A stretch of 64,000 nt of DNA from a virus. Its lineage: Duplodnaviria > Heunggongvirae > Uroviricota > Caudoviricetes. A program made the translations under genes and the position numbers. The stretch is from the IMG/VR virus record IMGVR_UViG_3300046779_001955, positions 10,116-74,115 of that record; one strand, written 5' to 3'. Shown here piece after piece: positions 46,953 to 56,516 of the stretch. Position 1 is the stretch's first letter. Each line of letters opens with the position of its first letter. Under the pieces are notes generated by a model. That model was not told the DNA's origin, did not search any database, and saw only the letters and a program-made list of their open reading frames with translations.

Positions 46953-47356
46953 GTTTTAGCCGAACGATTGATCAATTGTCTAATACGATCTTTCAAAGGC
47001 ACATAGGATTTGTAGCCAAAAGTTCTAGCAAACTTTTGCACAAGGCGATCGTAAAGAGGAATCTTGTCTGCTTCCTGTGCTGAAAACGTTATTTTTTCAG
47101 GATGATGACTTTGCACAAACTCTCGTAATATCTGCATGACTTTACCAAACACTTCAAACTCACCGCCTTGACCTGATGTAGTTATTCTGCCACCTACAGT
47201 AAACGCAATGTCATACCCACCGTCATTGGTCTCAGTAAACAGTACATCAATAATTCTGCCTCGACTGTCTTGCGTGGTGGCCCTGGTGTCAGTGAAAAGC
47301 TTTCGCCAGTGTATTGGTTCGTCGTAGCGGGTTTGTAGAACTTCATTAATTTTCAT
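46931..47356 (-). CDS. hypothetical protein with N-terminal MKINE motif
   Basis: shares N-terminal M-K/R-I/L-N-E with two neighbours. Confidence 0.5.
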   Translation of the reverse strand: MKINEVLQTRYDEPIHWRKLFTDTRATTQDSRGRIIDVLFTETNDGGYDIAFTVGGRITTSGQGGEFEVFGKVMQILREFVQSHHPEKITFSAQEADKIPLYDRLVQKFARTFGYKSYVPLKDRIRQLINRSAKTYFLRKA

Positions 47357-47726
47357 GTTTTGCTCGATAGTCAGCCAATGCTGCTTTGATTGCGTCTTCG
47401 GCTAGAATTGAACAGTGTATCTTTACCGGAGGGAGTGCAAGTTCTTCTGCAATCTGAGTATTTTTGATCTGACTTGCTTCATCAAGAGTTTTACCCTTGA
47501 CCCATTCTGAAACCAGCGACGACGAAGCAATTGCCGAGCCGCAGCCATAGGTTTTGAATTTTGCATCGGTAATGACGTTGTCTTCGACTTTGATTTGAAG
47601 TTGTAGTACATCACCACAGGCCGGTGCACCAACTAATCCTGTGCCTACACTGGGATCGGTTCGATCTAGTTTACCCACGTTTTTTGGATTTTCGTAATGT
47701 TCTAAAACCTGTGATGAATATGCCAT
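47346..47726 (-). CDS. iscU: Fe-S cluster scaffold IscU
   Basis: GAPACGD, LPPVKIHCS motifs. Confidence 0.95.
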   Translation of the reverse strand: MAYSSQVLEHYENPKNVGKLDRTDPSVGTGLVGAPACGDVLQLQIKVEDNVITDAKFKTYGCGSAIASSSLVSEWVKGKTLDEASQIKNTQIAEELALPPVKIHCSILAEDAIKAALADYRAKHEN

Positions 47727-47748
47727 GACAAATTATAGACTAGAAGAT

Positions 47749-48099
47749 TTATTTTTGAGCACGTTTGGCCATGTTGGCCACAACATTCTGAGCTTGATCA
47801 GTGTTCATTTCGCCTTTGGTTCCCTGAGTGTCAGCATCTTCGCCAGCACCTTTGAATACAATGCGTCCGGTTCTATCATCGCCTTCGACATTGGCTATGA
47901 TATGACTCAGGGGTGGTTGTCCAACCATTTGTTTGAGTTGATCAACTGTGAGGGGGATACCCATTTGACTTGCTAGTTTAATGAAACTAGCAGTAGAAAA
48001 TGTCTTGGCAACATTTTCGTCTTGAGCACGATTAAGGAGAAACTGGCTTAGTGCAACCAGTTTCCCATTGTCTCGCATTTCAACTTCGTTGATGCGCAT
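47749..48099 (-). CDS. hypothetical protein with N-terminal MRINE motif
   Basis: 116 aa. Confidence 0.5.
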   Translation of the reverse strand: MRINEVEMRDNGKLVALSQFLLNRAQDENVAKTFSTASFIKLASQMGIPLTVDQLKQMVGQPPLSHIIANVEGDDRTGRIVFKGAGEDADTQGTKGEMNTDQAQNVVANMAKRAQK

Positions 48100-48824
48100 T
48101 ATCTACGCTTTCTGCCAAGGCCCTTGCCATCAGGAGGAGGTAAGTCAATTTCAGCATCAACATCTAGTTCGCCGCCGGGAGGAGGCATTTCACCTGCCAT
48201 GCCACCTGGAGCTGCGCCACCAATGTCTGCGCCTGGTGCACCAATGCCTGGAATTTCACCAGGAGCACTACCAATTTGCTGTCCAGTGACCACTGACAAT
48301 GCCTGTTCAAGTTGCTGTTTGGCACCTTGTAAATTTTGAATCATTGTTTGTAATGCTGCGTTGGCATCGTTGTTGAATTGATCAGCTTGTTGTGTACCTA
48401 CTTGGTTGCGAATTGAGTCTACTAGAGCAGGTAATTCTTTAAACTGCATTTCTGACACATCTTCAAGCATGCCTTGTACACTGTCAACCATGTCTTGTGC
48501 TGCAAGAACAACCTGTGCTTGCTGCACTTCACTTTCTTGTAGACGTTGTATACGACGAATTTCACGTTCAGCTGACAGCTCACGTAGACGCTGTGTGAGT
48601 CCTTGCTCCATCATCACTAGCTTGAGATAGCTTTGATTACGCTCGCTTTGATGGAACGCAGGGCTAGCACGATGTTCGCTAACTAATTTAGATACGCGGC
48701 CCAATAGCTGACGTGTTTGCACAGTATTGAGCTGTTCAAATTGCACACGTCCGCCAAAGTAACTTTCAAATACTTTAGCGATATACTTTGATTGGCGCTG
48801 CGCGGCCAGTTCGTTGAGTTTCAT
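48099..48824 (-). CDS. coiled-coil protein with Gly/Pro-rich C-terminus (scaffold/internal-protein-like), N-terminal MKLNE
   Basis: 241 aa; heptad-rich middle; GxPG repeats at C-terminus. Confidence 0.5.
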   Translation of the reverse strand: MKLNELAAQRQSKYIAKVFESYFGGRVQFEQLNTVQTRQLLGRVSKLVSEHRASPAFHQSERNQSYLKLVMMEQGLTQRLRELSAEREIRRIQRLQESEVQQAQVVLAAQDMVDSVQGMLEDVSEMQFKELPALVDSIRNQVGTQQADQFNNDANAALQTMIQNLQGAKQQLEQALSVVTGQQIGSAPGEIPGIGAPGADIGGAAPGGMAGEMPPPGGELDVDAEIDLPPPDGKGLGRKRR

Positions 48825-49269
48825 TTGAGAATCCTTTATGATGTAAATATTTAGCCAATTTTATACATTTTTCTAATTCTGCTAGGGTCCATGATTGGCG
48901 TGCTGCACGATGTTGTGATTTGACTATGGCCAGTTCTTTCAAAACTGGATTATGTGTGTGTTCTTTGACTGCCCGGCGTTGCGATAACCCGTTCTGCGTG
49001 TGTTGTAGTCGCTCGTCTAATTCTAGTATTCGACGTGCTAGATTCAAGTTATTTTGATTGTCGGCTATGCACCAGCTCAGGGCTGTTTTAGTGCTGTGAA
49101 AGCGACCTTGTGTTGTGTCACCTGCGTCGACCCTATATAAACCTTTTTCGGGCACAATACGATAGCGGCCAAATGCTTGATAGCCCTGATCATCTTTTAG
49201 AATCAGATTTGGCTGTAACTCGCGAAGTTCGCTCTGGGCTATTTCTATTAGACGCTGACTGGGTTTCAT
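48775..49269 (-). CDS. hypothetical protein
   Basis: start at MKPSQRL; overlaps downstream gene by ~50 nt. Confidence 0.4.
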   Translation of the reverse strand: MKPSQRLIEIAQSELRELQPNLILKDDQGYQAFGRYRIVPEKGLYRVDAGDTTQGRFHSTKTALSWCIADNQNNLNLARRILELDERLQHTQNGLSQRRAVKEHTHNPVLKELAIVKSQHRAARQSWTLAELEKCIKLAKYLHHKGFSNETQRTGRAAPIKVYR

Positions 49270-49529
49270 TTGGTTACAAAGTGAGTGAGCAAATAGCCAA
49301 TAGTGCTGGCTAAAAATGCAATAATTCCTATGCCCCAATTTATCAATTGATTGTTGCGTTTTTCAGTGATACTACTGACCATGTCTTTGACTTTCCCCAC
49401 ATCGGCTTTTACAGAGGTCAGTGTTGACTCAACAGTTTCTAGTTTTTCTTCAAGAAATCTATAACGCTCGGCGCACAATTCTACGTGCGCTTCAAGACTC
49501 TTTTTTTCAATGTCAGTGGTATCGGCCAT
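49266..49529 (-). CDS. coiled-coil protein with C-terminal TM helix
   Basis: 87 aa. Confidence 0.5.
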   Translation of the reverse strand: MADTTDIEKKSLEAHVELCAERYRFLEEKLETVESTLTSVKADVGKVKDMVSSITEKRNNQLINWGIGIIAFLASTIGYLLTHFVTK

Positions 49530-49551
49530 TTGTTGTTTCCCAATGCTTTAT

Positions 49552-49953
49552 TTATAATTCCATAAACCAAATATTGGCCCCGGAATCAGATGTATCTAGA
49601 GCAGGTTCAAGCTGGGTCGTTTCACCAAGATCAACAATCATTGGCACGTTTTCGCAGTCTAGTTTTAACGATGCAAAATTGTCAGAAAATACATCATCTC
49701 GATCTGATTCTATTTCAAACCACCAAAGTTCTCCGTCAAATTGTGCTGCTGTGATGTTTACTAACTGTGTGCGCAAACTCAATAATTGTATCAGTGTTTC
49801 GTAGTTTCGTTGCTGATTTCGTGAGCGGGTCCAAGATTTTTCGTCTTCAATGAGATTGTCGCGAGCGTCACGATATGGAACTCGTTGACTTCGGTAATGC
49901 CCGGTAGTACCGGTAGTGGTACAATCAAACTTGGTTGTGATGCGAATCTTCAT
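49552..49953 (-). CDS. hypothetical protein
   Basis: 133 aa. Confidence 0.5.
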   Translation of the reverse strand: MKIRITTKFDCTTTGTTGHYRSQRVPYRDARDNLIEDEKSWTRSRNQQRNYETLIQLLSLRTQLVNITAAQFDGELWWFEIESDRDDVFSDNFASLKLDCENVPMIVDLGETTQLEPALDTSDSGANIWFMEL

Positions 49954-50191
49954 TGATTAAATGATAGTATACCTTGACTTGTTCAAGCATGTCAGCTAAC
50001 TGAGTGTTGTTCATAGCAGCCACTCGTATGTTGTGCCATAATTGATTTTCTTGTTGTAACAACTTAGTAGCTGCAACCGTAGGATCTTCATAGTGTAATT
50101 CTCTCGTGGGATTACCCAGTGTTCTACGATAAATGGTTTTGCCACCGTCGGGGCTTTCATATATTAAATTAGGGTTGTGTGCCTGTGCCAT
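49925..50191 (-). CDS. hypothetical protein
   Basis: 88 aa. Confidence 0.45.
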   Translation of the reverse strand: MAQAHNPNLIYESPDGGKTIYRRTLGNPTRELHYEDPTVAATKLLQQENQLWHNIRVAAMNNTQLADMLEQVKVYYHLINEDSHHNQV

Positions 50192-50807
50192 CTATAAATT
50201 GACAGTTAAATGCAACTACTACCCGATCTGTGTTGCCAGTATAGGGCATGCCCGAATGAAGAATCCAACTTGGAAAAATAATCAGTTGACCGTCAGTGGC
50301 TTGTATATCAAAACTTGATGTAAGGCTTGCCCATCTAGTGCCAATATCAGTGTATCCGGGCATTATTGGACTGTAAAATCTATTGCAGCCATTTTTGGCA
50401 TGTACATCACTGTCTGCTGATCGAATGTAATATATTCCGGACCAGCTAGAATTAGGATGCATGTGCATGTCGTGATAACCGCCGGAACGAGTGATATGAC
50501 ACCAGGCTTCGTGTACACTAATGCCAATCCTAGCATTGGCAGGCCAGTGTTTTGCGTTGGCATCTTTGGCTGCTTCAAACACCGAATTACGACACCACTC
50601 CAACAGCGCACGTACACTGTCATGATCATAGTTGAAAAAATCAAAATTGCTTTCGTAAAGCCCTTGTTTGATATTTGAGGCTACACCACTGGTGGATTTT
50701 TTTTGTTCTAGATCATAACACACCGTGATTAAATTTTGTTGATGTTCTGCAGCCTGCTCCCATTCAAATTGGTACATGGGCACAGTCCAAGTCGGTATTG
50801 TTTTCAT
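50169..50807 (-). CDS. 2OG-Fe(II) oxygenase-family protein (cyanophage/marine-phage type)
   Basis: start at MKTIPTW after terminator; His-rich GGYHDMHMHP block. Confidence 0.55.
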   Translation of the reverse strand: MKTIPTWTVPMYQFEWEQAAEHQQNLITVCYDLEQKKSTSGVASNIKQGLYESNFDFFNYDHDSVRALLEWCRNSVFEAAKDANAKHWPANARIGISVHEAWCHITRSGGYHDMHMHPNSSWSGIYYIRSADSDVHAKNGCNRFYSPIMPGYTDIGTRWASLTSSFDIQATDGQLIIFPSWILHSGMPYTGNTDRVVVAFNCQFIDGTGTQP

Positions 50808-50821
50808 GCTGGTATTTACAG

Positions 50822-50852
50822 CAAAGAAAAAGCCCGGCAATAAAAGCCGGGC
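50822..50852 (-). terminator. rho-independent terminator
   Basis: minus strand GCCCGGC-ttttatt-GCCGGGC TTTTTCTTT after gene ending 50875. Confidence 0.75.
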
Positions 50853-50874
50853 TGGGTGCTGCAACCAACTAAAA

Positions 50875-51348
50875 TTACGATGTTGCTAGTTTGAAACCAA
50901 CGTTGGTTACGTCTGAACCGCTGACGTTAACGCCGCGAGTCTGACCACTTGAGTTTGTGATCTGAACGTTGCCAAGTGCTTGGATAGCTGTCTGTAGTGT
51001 AGCAGCGGTCCATGCAGCAGTTGGGTAAACTGCGTAGCTGATCTGACCAGCATTGGTGTTTTCAACCTGATACATGGTGATAGTAGCTTGTGTTTGTACA
51101 GCTTGGTTGATGCTTTGTACAACGCCTGGGTCAGTTACATTACCGCACTCATTGCGTAGATCGATGTTCTGATTAGAACCGTTTTGAATGATTGCTGCAA
51201 AGTAGTCTAACTTAGGACCTTGCATCTGAACTAGAGCTGCTGATGCACCACCAGCTGAACTAGCAATGTTACCTGTTTGTGCACCGTTTGCTACGTCAAG
51301 AGCAAATACCGATTGTGCATCACCGTTTGGACGGAATAATTGTGCCAT
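50875..51348 (-). CDS. probable abundant virion protein
   Basis: AGGAG SD, own terminator; Ala/Gly/Thr/Asn-rich 157 aa. Confidence 0.5.
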   Translation of the reverse strand: MAQLFRPNGDAQSVFALDVANGAQTGNIASSAGGASAALVQMQGPKLDYFAAIIQNGSNQNIDLRNECGNVTDPGVVQSINQAVQTQATITMYQVENTNAGQISYAVYPTAAWTAATLQTAIQALGNVQITNSSGQTRGVNVSGSDVTNVGFKLATS

Positions 51349-51409
51349 TTTAAATCTCCTAATAAAGTGGGCATAGCAGCCCTACTTTTATTTAGTCATT
51401 TTGGTAAAA

Positions 51410-52144
51410 TCACGTGGGATTCATTAAGAAAATACATTGGCCCGTGGCAATTGCGCTGGTATTTGATCCACCATAGGGGTTGGCACTTTGTGTTTTTTGC
51501 AGGGCCGAAGTTGGAGTAGTAAAGTTGCCGGTGTAGACTGCAATGTTGGATACACGGAAATTTGTGATATCTCCGCCAAACTGTTCACTGGCTAGGCCGC
51601 CAGCGGCCTTGCCGCCAATATAGAATTTCTGAGTGCCACCGGTGATGTTAGTGGCGTTGGCCACTCCGCCAAATGCACTAATCAAAGTACCATTTTTGTA
51701 CAAATTAAGACGACTAGAAGCTCTTACTAATGCAAAGTGTACCCACTGATTTTTAAAACTACCTAGTATACCAATACCCATATTGACGAGTGTGTTGGGG
51801 CTGAACCATACATAAGGATTAGTACCTTCTAAACTAATACCTTGCACTGGGTAGTTTACCCCTGTGGTATTGCTTTGCCAGTACACTCGAGGAAATGCGT
51901 TTGAGTCCGTTTCATATTGAAACCACTCCACAGTAAAATTGCCAGTACCAAAACTCAACCCACTATAGTTTTCATAGTAAACATAACTGGTCGTTGCACC
52001 GGTAAATCTATAACTGCTGCCTGACCCAAATGGCGATGTTGATACCACAGTTGCATTACTGACCGCTGTGGGAGTATCGTAAGGGCTTGCAGGAACCGTG
52101 TCCTGTATAGTCACACCTTGTAGATTTACACCTTGAATCAGCAT
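51410..52144 (-). CDS. structural protein with concanavalin/LamG-like composition
   Basis: 244 aa; Gly/Thr/Asn-rich beta-sandwich-like pattern. Confidence 0.45.
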   Translation of the reverse strand: MLIQGVNLQGVTIQDTVPASPYDTPTAVSNATVVSTSPFGSGSSYRFTGATTSYVYYENYSGLSFGTGNFTVEWFQYETDSNAFPRVYWQSNTTGVNYPVQGISLEGTNPYVWFSPNTLVNMGIGILGSFKNQWVHFALVRASSRLNLYKNGTLISAFGGVANATNITGGTQKFYIGGKAAGGLASEQFGGDITNFRVSNIAVYTGNFTTPTSALQKTQSANPYGGSNTSAIATGQCIFLMNPT

Positions 52145-54042
52145 TAGTTGTTACGAGCTCGATTTGTAGCAGTAAATCCGCCAGGTAGTCTGTTCACTGC
52201 TTTGGCATACCCTGCGGGTGTGGCCATGACCCAGCCTTCTTGTCCGGGATGTTGTAGATCCAACTGATGTAGTATGTCCATTTTTAAATCATGCAATAAT
52301 AACCAAATACTAAATGCTGCTGACAATGCTTCGGCATTGCTCTTAGGGCTTTGTAGATATTCTACAATATTGGCATACTTGCGCGGTGTCACTGTTGATT
52401 GTAGCCAGTCGCTAAAACCACCAACAAGATTGCCAAAGCCACGACCCACACGGCTATTGATATAATCCACGCAAAGCTTGGCTAGATCTGTGATCTGTTG
52501 TTGACGCAGTTCAACTGGATTAAACAGTTGATTAATTTGTTGACCGTGTTGCGCAATCAACTGACGAATCTGTTGACCCATATCACGATTTGCCTTGATA
52601 TTTGTACCAGCAATGGGAGGAATCAATAACAAGCCAGGCACTGGTTTGAATTTAATTCCATTGATGGGTTGTTTGGCCGACCCTTGGTCAGCATACATTG
52701 TATGCATGGCAATAGCAGTGTCGGCCCCGGCAATTTGTTGACCAAGCGCACTGTTTAAAGGAATTTTATATTCCACAGTGTTGGGTGTGAATACTGCAAA
52801 GCCGTGATCTTCGTGCCAAGGTTGCTGGGGATAGAACAACAAGTCGCCTTTGACATATCCACGCTGTGACTTTGGAAATGCTGCTTCTAGCTTGGTCCAT
52901 AAGTCTAGATAAATTGGAGCCAGAGTTTCCACACGATTTGCCATGTTGCCTTTGACTCGAGCTGCATCATCTCTGCGTTGCATGTCTTTGGAAATGGCTC
53001 TAGGTGATGTAAACAATCCATCGTAGGTCTTGGCATCAAAACCTGACCCGTCTGTGAGTACAAACTCTCCGGTGCTGGGTTTACGTCCAAAAACCACAGC
53101 GGGCTTGCCATCCCATTTAACTGTAGTGGTTGCGGGATCTTGTGCGGCTGCGGCAATGATTTTTAGTGCTTCATTGGCTCCTGCAGTGCCACGGCGGAAC
53201 ACTAAATCTTCAATGTGCTCAATGCCTTTGGCACGGCCACCAACATTTTCAGTTTCGGGTATAAAACGATCTTCTACCAAGGCCATCATGCCCTGATTAA
53301 CAATGCGATCCCGCAGACGTGCAATAAAACTCACATCACTTTCCTGCACCTGCCCTGGTGGTGTGAGCCCGTCGCGAGCTAGATATTGTTCAAAGTCTGC
53401 GACCTTGGCAGCACGATCTTTGTCACGGGCCAACGCAGCATAGATAGATTCAACATTCTTTAAGTTTTCTCTTGTGGCACGTGGTCCCAACAGCATACGA
53501 GCTGCTTCGTCAGGATCCATTGTGACAACATTGTTGGTAGTACGCGATGCCACACCATTGCTGCCAATCTTCAAACCCAATTGCTTGGCCACTGAACTCA
53601 TTAAGATGTTGCGATATACACCTTTGTATTCCGAATCTTCGCCGCCAGCATAAAAGAATGTGCCCCAATCTAGATTAGGAAAAAACATAAAATCAGTCTG
53701 CACATAGCCTTGATCGGGTCTACCAGCAATGGGAGTGCGCAAATGAACTTCACCTTTGCTGCGGATCCAATCACGAGGTTCTAATCGATGAGCCTGTGCC
53801 CAATGGTTTAATTTTGCCACCAACTGTTCTTTGGTTACTTCGCTGAGATCAACTGCTAGATCAAGATCTCCGGAATCAGGTCTACGTCCGGTAGATCCCA
53901 ACCAACGTTCTTTGGGGAAATCAATACCGGTTACTTGTTCTATCCATTTAATGGTTGTGGGAATATCGGTTTGGCGAATACGTCCAGTGAGAGGATTTCC
54001 GTCACCATCTTTGAAAACATTACCACCTTCGTTTAGATTCAT
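52144..54042 (-). CDS. large protein with nucleotidyltransferase-fold-like motif
   Basis: start at MNLNEGG (TAATG overlap with upstream gene); GSTGRRPDSGDLDLAVD resembles GS-x9-DxD NTase signature. Confidence 0.45.
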   Translation of the reverse strand: MNLNEGGNVFKDGDGNPLTGRIRQTDIPTTIKWIEQVTGIDFPKERWLGSTGRRPDSGDLDLAVDLSEVTKEQLVAKLNHWAQAHRLEPRDWIRSKGEVHLRTPIAGRPDQGYVQTDFMFFPNLDWGTFFYAGGEDSEYKGVYRNILMSSVAKQLGLKIGSNGVASRTTNNVVTMDPDEAARMLLGPRATRENLKNVESIYAALARDKDRAAKVADFEQYLARDGLTPPGQVQESDVSFIARLRDRIVNQGMMALVEDRFIPETENVGGRAKGIEHIEDLVFRRGTAGANEALKIIAAAAQDPATTTVKWDGKPAVVFGRKPSTGEFVLTDGSGFDAKTYDGLFTSPRAISKDMQRRDDAARVKGNMANRVETLAPIYLDLWTKLEAAFPKSQRGYVKGDLLFYPQQPWHEDHGFAVFTPNTVEYKIPLNSALGQQIAGADTAIAMHTMYADQGSAKQPINGIKFKPVPGLLLIPPIAGTNIKANRDMGQQIRQLIAQHGQQINQLFNPVELRQQQITDLAKLCVDYINSRVGRGFGNLVGGFSDWLQSTVTPRKYANIVEYLQSPKSNAEALSAAFSIWLLLHDLKMDILHQLDLQHPGQEGWVMATPAGYAKAVNRLPGGFTATNRARNN

Positions 54043-54791
54043 TATTTGGTTCCTGTTGGCGGTGGTGTTTGTGCTGGTGGTGCACCACCAGCCACGGGTC
54101 CAGCTGATGTTCTCAGCAATCCTAGTCCTGCCAACAACGCATTGACAGCTTGATTGTTTGTGGGTGCGACCTGTTGATTTTGTCCTGCCGGCCATTGCTG
54201 TTGTAACTGAGCAATCTGTGGAGCCATACGTTGCATCATGACCTGAGATGCTGGAGTCAACTGTGGAGATCTAGATGGGTTGTAAACCTGACTCACTGTG
54301 GCCGCTTGAACATTTTGCACAAGACTTTCTAAATGATGTGCAACAAGATTGTTATCTTCGGTCTTGGTCCCGGACACAATACCACGAATATCTGCTTGCA
54401 ATGCTGCTTTGTTTCGCTTTGGCAGGTTATTAACTGCGTCTCGGCCAGCAAACAGTCTAGTATTAATATAATCAGTCAACATTGATGTCAGTGCAAAAGA
54501 ACTTAATTTGCTGGGACTATCAACTTTCATTTGTGCCATTTTAGACGCTACTATACTAGCCCAGGCTGCCATTGCTGCTTCAAGCTGCTTGGGCTGCAAG
54601 GGTTGTAGGAGCTGCTGAGCCACTTTTGCTTCCTGTCCCGACGCAGCCTGTGGAGTTTTACCTGTGATGGCTTGTCCGGCTATGCCTGCCAGTGCGCCAC
54701 CTATTGCTCCCCAGTTGACCTCACTAATTGGTTTCTTTTTGCTTTGGGTAATGTCAGATATTTGCATCAGTTTTCCTAACGGTCCTAACAA
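54042..54791 (-). CDS. Gln/Ala-rich hypothetical protein
   Basis: 249 aa; low complexity. Confidence 0.5.
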   Translation of the reverse strand: MLGPLGKLMQISDITQSKKKPISEVNWGAIGGALAGIAGQAITGKTPQAASGQEAKVAQQLLQPLQPKQLEAAMAAWASIVASKMAQMKVDSPSKLSSFALTSMLTDYINTRLFAGRDAVNNLPKRNKAALQADIRGIVSGTKTEDNNLVAHHLESLVQNVQAATVSQVYNPSRSPQLTPASQVMMQRMAPQIAQLQQQWPAGQNQQVAPTNNQAVNALLAGLGLLRTSAGPVAGGAPPAQTPPPTGTK

Positions 54792-55002
54792 ATTTATTAG
54801 GATCTTTGAATTTTATAGCATTTAAAAATTTTCTCTGTAGATTTTCTGCTTGATCAGCAGGAAAATCCTGTTCAATTTGTTCAAATAATCTAATAGCTGA
54901 TTGAATAATGTTGTCAGCGCGATTTTCCAGCACATGCTTGCGATCGCGATCAACATACATCGAGTTCAATTCTTCAAGAATACTACGTGTCTTTTTTTGC
55001 AT
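54754..55002 (-). CDS. hypothetical protein
   Basis: 82 aa. Confidence 0.45.
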   Translation of the reverse strand: MQKKTRSILEELNSMYVDRDRKHVLENRADNIIQSAIRLFEQIEQDFPADQAENLQRKFLNAIKFKDPNKFVRTVRKTDANI

Positions 55003-55066
55003 TATACGCGACCTTTAGATTATTTATTAATTTTTGGGGTTTGGGTTGGCATCAAATATTTAAGGA

Positions 55067-55891
55067 TTGTCCAACACTCATTTAAATATCAATTCAATGA
55101 GCCAGCCCACAGAAAAATTACACCAGATAAATGATCCGTATTTGCAATCCCTACGCTATAACTGGTACCATAATTCACAGCAGCCAGTTGAAAAATCTCA
55201 ATTTGAACAGGCGGCCAGTGACTGGTTTTTGAGCTCAAAAATCAATAATCTCAACGGAACCGATCAGTTTGCCTATATTGACACTATTCTGGGCTGCACA
55301 CACTATATTGACAGTTTATTGATCAAGCACGGTCGTAATATACAAGTCCTCCCCGGGGATTATCGATATTACAGCTACATGGGCATTCCGCACACTGAAC
55401 CTGGAAATCTAGTGCCTGGTGTTCCTTTGGTTGTTAGTTTACCCAATTGGTTTTACACTGACATAAGACCTGATTGGTTTCAAGTACTGCTAGAATGCGA
55501 ATCCAAGAACATTGACATACACATCGATATGGCCTGGATGCCAGTGTGTAGGGACATTAATTTAAACTTAGATCATCCCTGTATCAAATCATTTGCTATG
55601 AGTCTCAGCAAATACAGCATGGAATGGAACAGGATTGGTTTGAGATGGAGTCGCAGCAGAACCATGGATTCTATCACTGTGTTTAATCATTATCAAGGAG
55701 ATGTTAACCAGAGTGTGATCAGCTGTGGATACTATATTGTCAATAATCTTGCTAGAGATTATGCCTGGGACACATATAGATCCAAACATTTTTCAGTGTG
55801 CCAGGAACACAATCTTGAGCCCAGCCGAGCCATACACGTTGCCTATCAAGGATCAACGCCGGTGGGCATTGCCGGTCTACTGGTCCAATGA
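55067..55891 (+). CDS. hypothetical protein (plus strand)
   Basis: 274 aa; convergent overlap with following gene. Confidence 0.5.
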   Translation: MSNTHLNINSMSQPTEKLHQINDPYLQSLRYNWYHNSQQPVEKSQFEQAASDWFLSSKINNLNGTDQFAYIDTILGCTHYIDSLLIKHGRNIQVLPGDYRYYSYMGIPHTEPGNLVPGVPLVVSLPNWFYTDIRPDWFQVLLECESKNIDIHIDMAWMPVCRDINLNLDHPCIKSFAMSLSKYSMEWNRIGLRWSRSRTMDSITVFNHYQGDVNQSVISCGYYIVNNLARDYAWDTYRSKHFSVCQEHNLEPSRAIHVAYQGSTPVGIAGLLVQ

Positions 55892-56454
55892 GCGTACAAA
55901 CTGTAACGGTTTACACCAGCAGGAACTGGTGTAGTGGTTTGATGTTGGACGTTATGGCTAGTACAGATATATCCAAAATTATGAAAAAAACCAACAACGT
56001 ACCTGGCTCCGTTGACAAAGAATGTTGTGCCACAGCTACTAGGCGCATCAAACAAATAGAGCTGTAGACTGATGTCAATCACAGGATTATCAGTGTGTGG
56101 GCCAAAGTAATACCCTTCGGTATCACGCCAAATCTGAATTCCAGCAAAATTTAATTGTCGTTGAAACTGTTGTTCAAGCTGGGATGTTACCGAAGCGCAC
56201 ACATCATGCAACTCTTCTATTACTGAATCAGCGTCCCAGGTTATCTTATGCCTGGGCATTGATTCTTGTCCCGAGACCAGGGTCCATTGCTGTGGATCAG
56301 ACTGATCAATATAACTTTCAAGTTTGTCTAAGATATCCTCGGTCACAAAGTCCTTGACTATCCAAAGATTTGGAACTAGTGTGGGGGCAGCTTGCTCGGA
56401 AGACAGGCGGGCGCGGCGGCAATTTTTTTCAATTAGATCATAATCAATCATCAA
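55846..56454 (-). CDS. prolyl-4-hydroxylase-like 2OG-Fe(II) oxygenase
   Basis: GPHTDNP (HxD) block and distal His. Confidence 0.55.
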   Translation of the reverse strand: MMIDYDLIEKNCRRARLSSEQAAPTLVPNLWIVKDFVTEDILDKLESYIDQSDPQQWTLVSGQESMPRHKITWDADSVIEELHDVCASVTSQLEQQFQRQLNFAGIQIWRDTEGYYFGPHTDNPVIDISLQLYLFDAPSSCGTTFFVNGARYVVGFFHNFGYICTSHNVQHQTTTPVPAGVNRYSLYAHWTSRPAMPTGVDP

Positions 56455-56516
56455 AATTATTTAATAGAAATTTTATTGCAGTTAAATATCTGCCCAGGCA
56501 TTTATATAGGCACATT

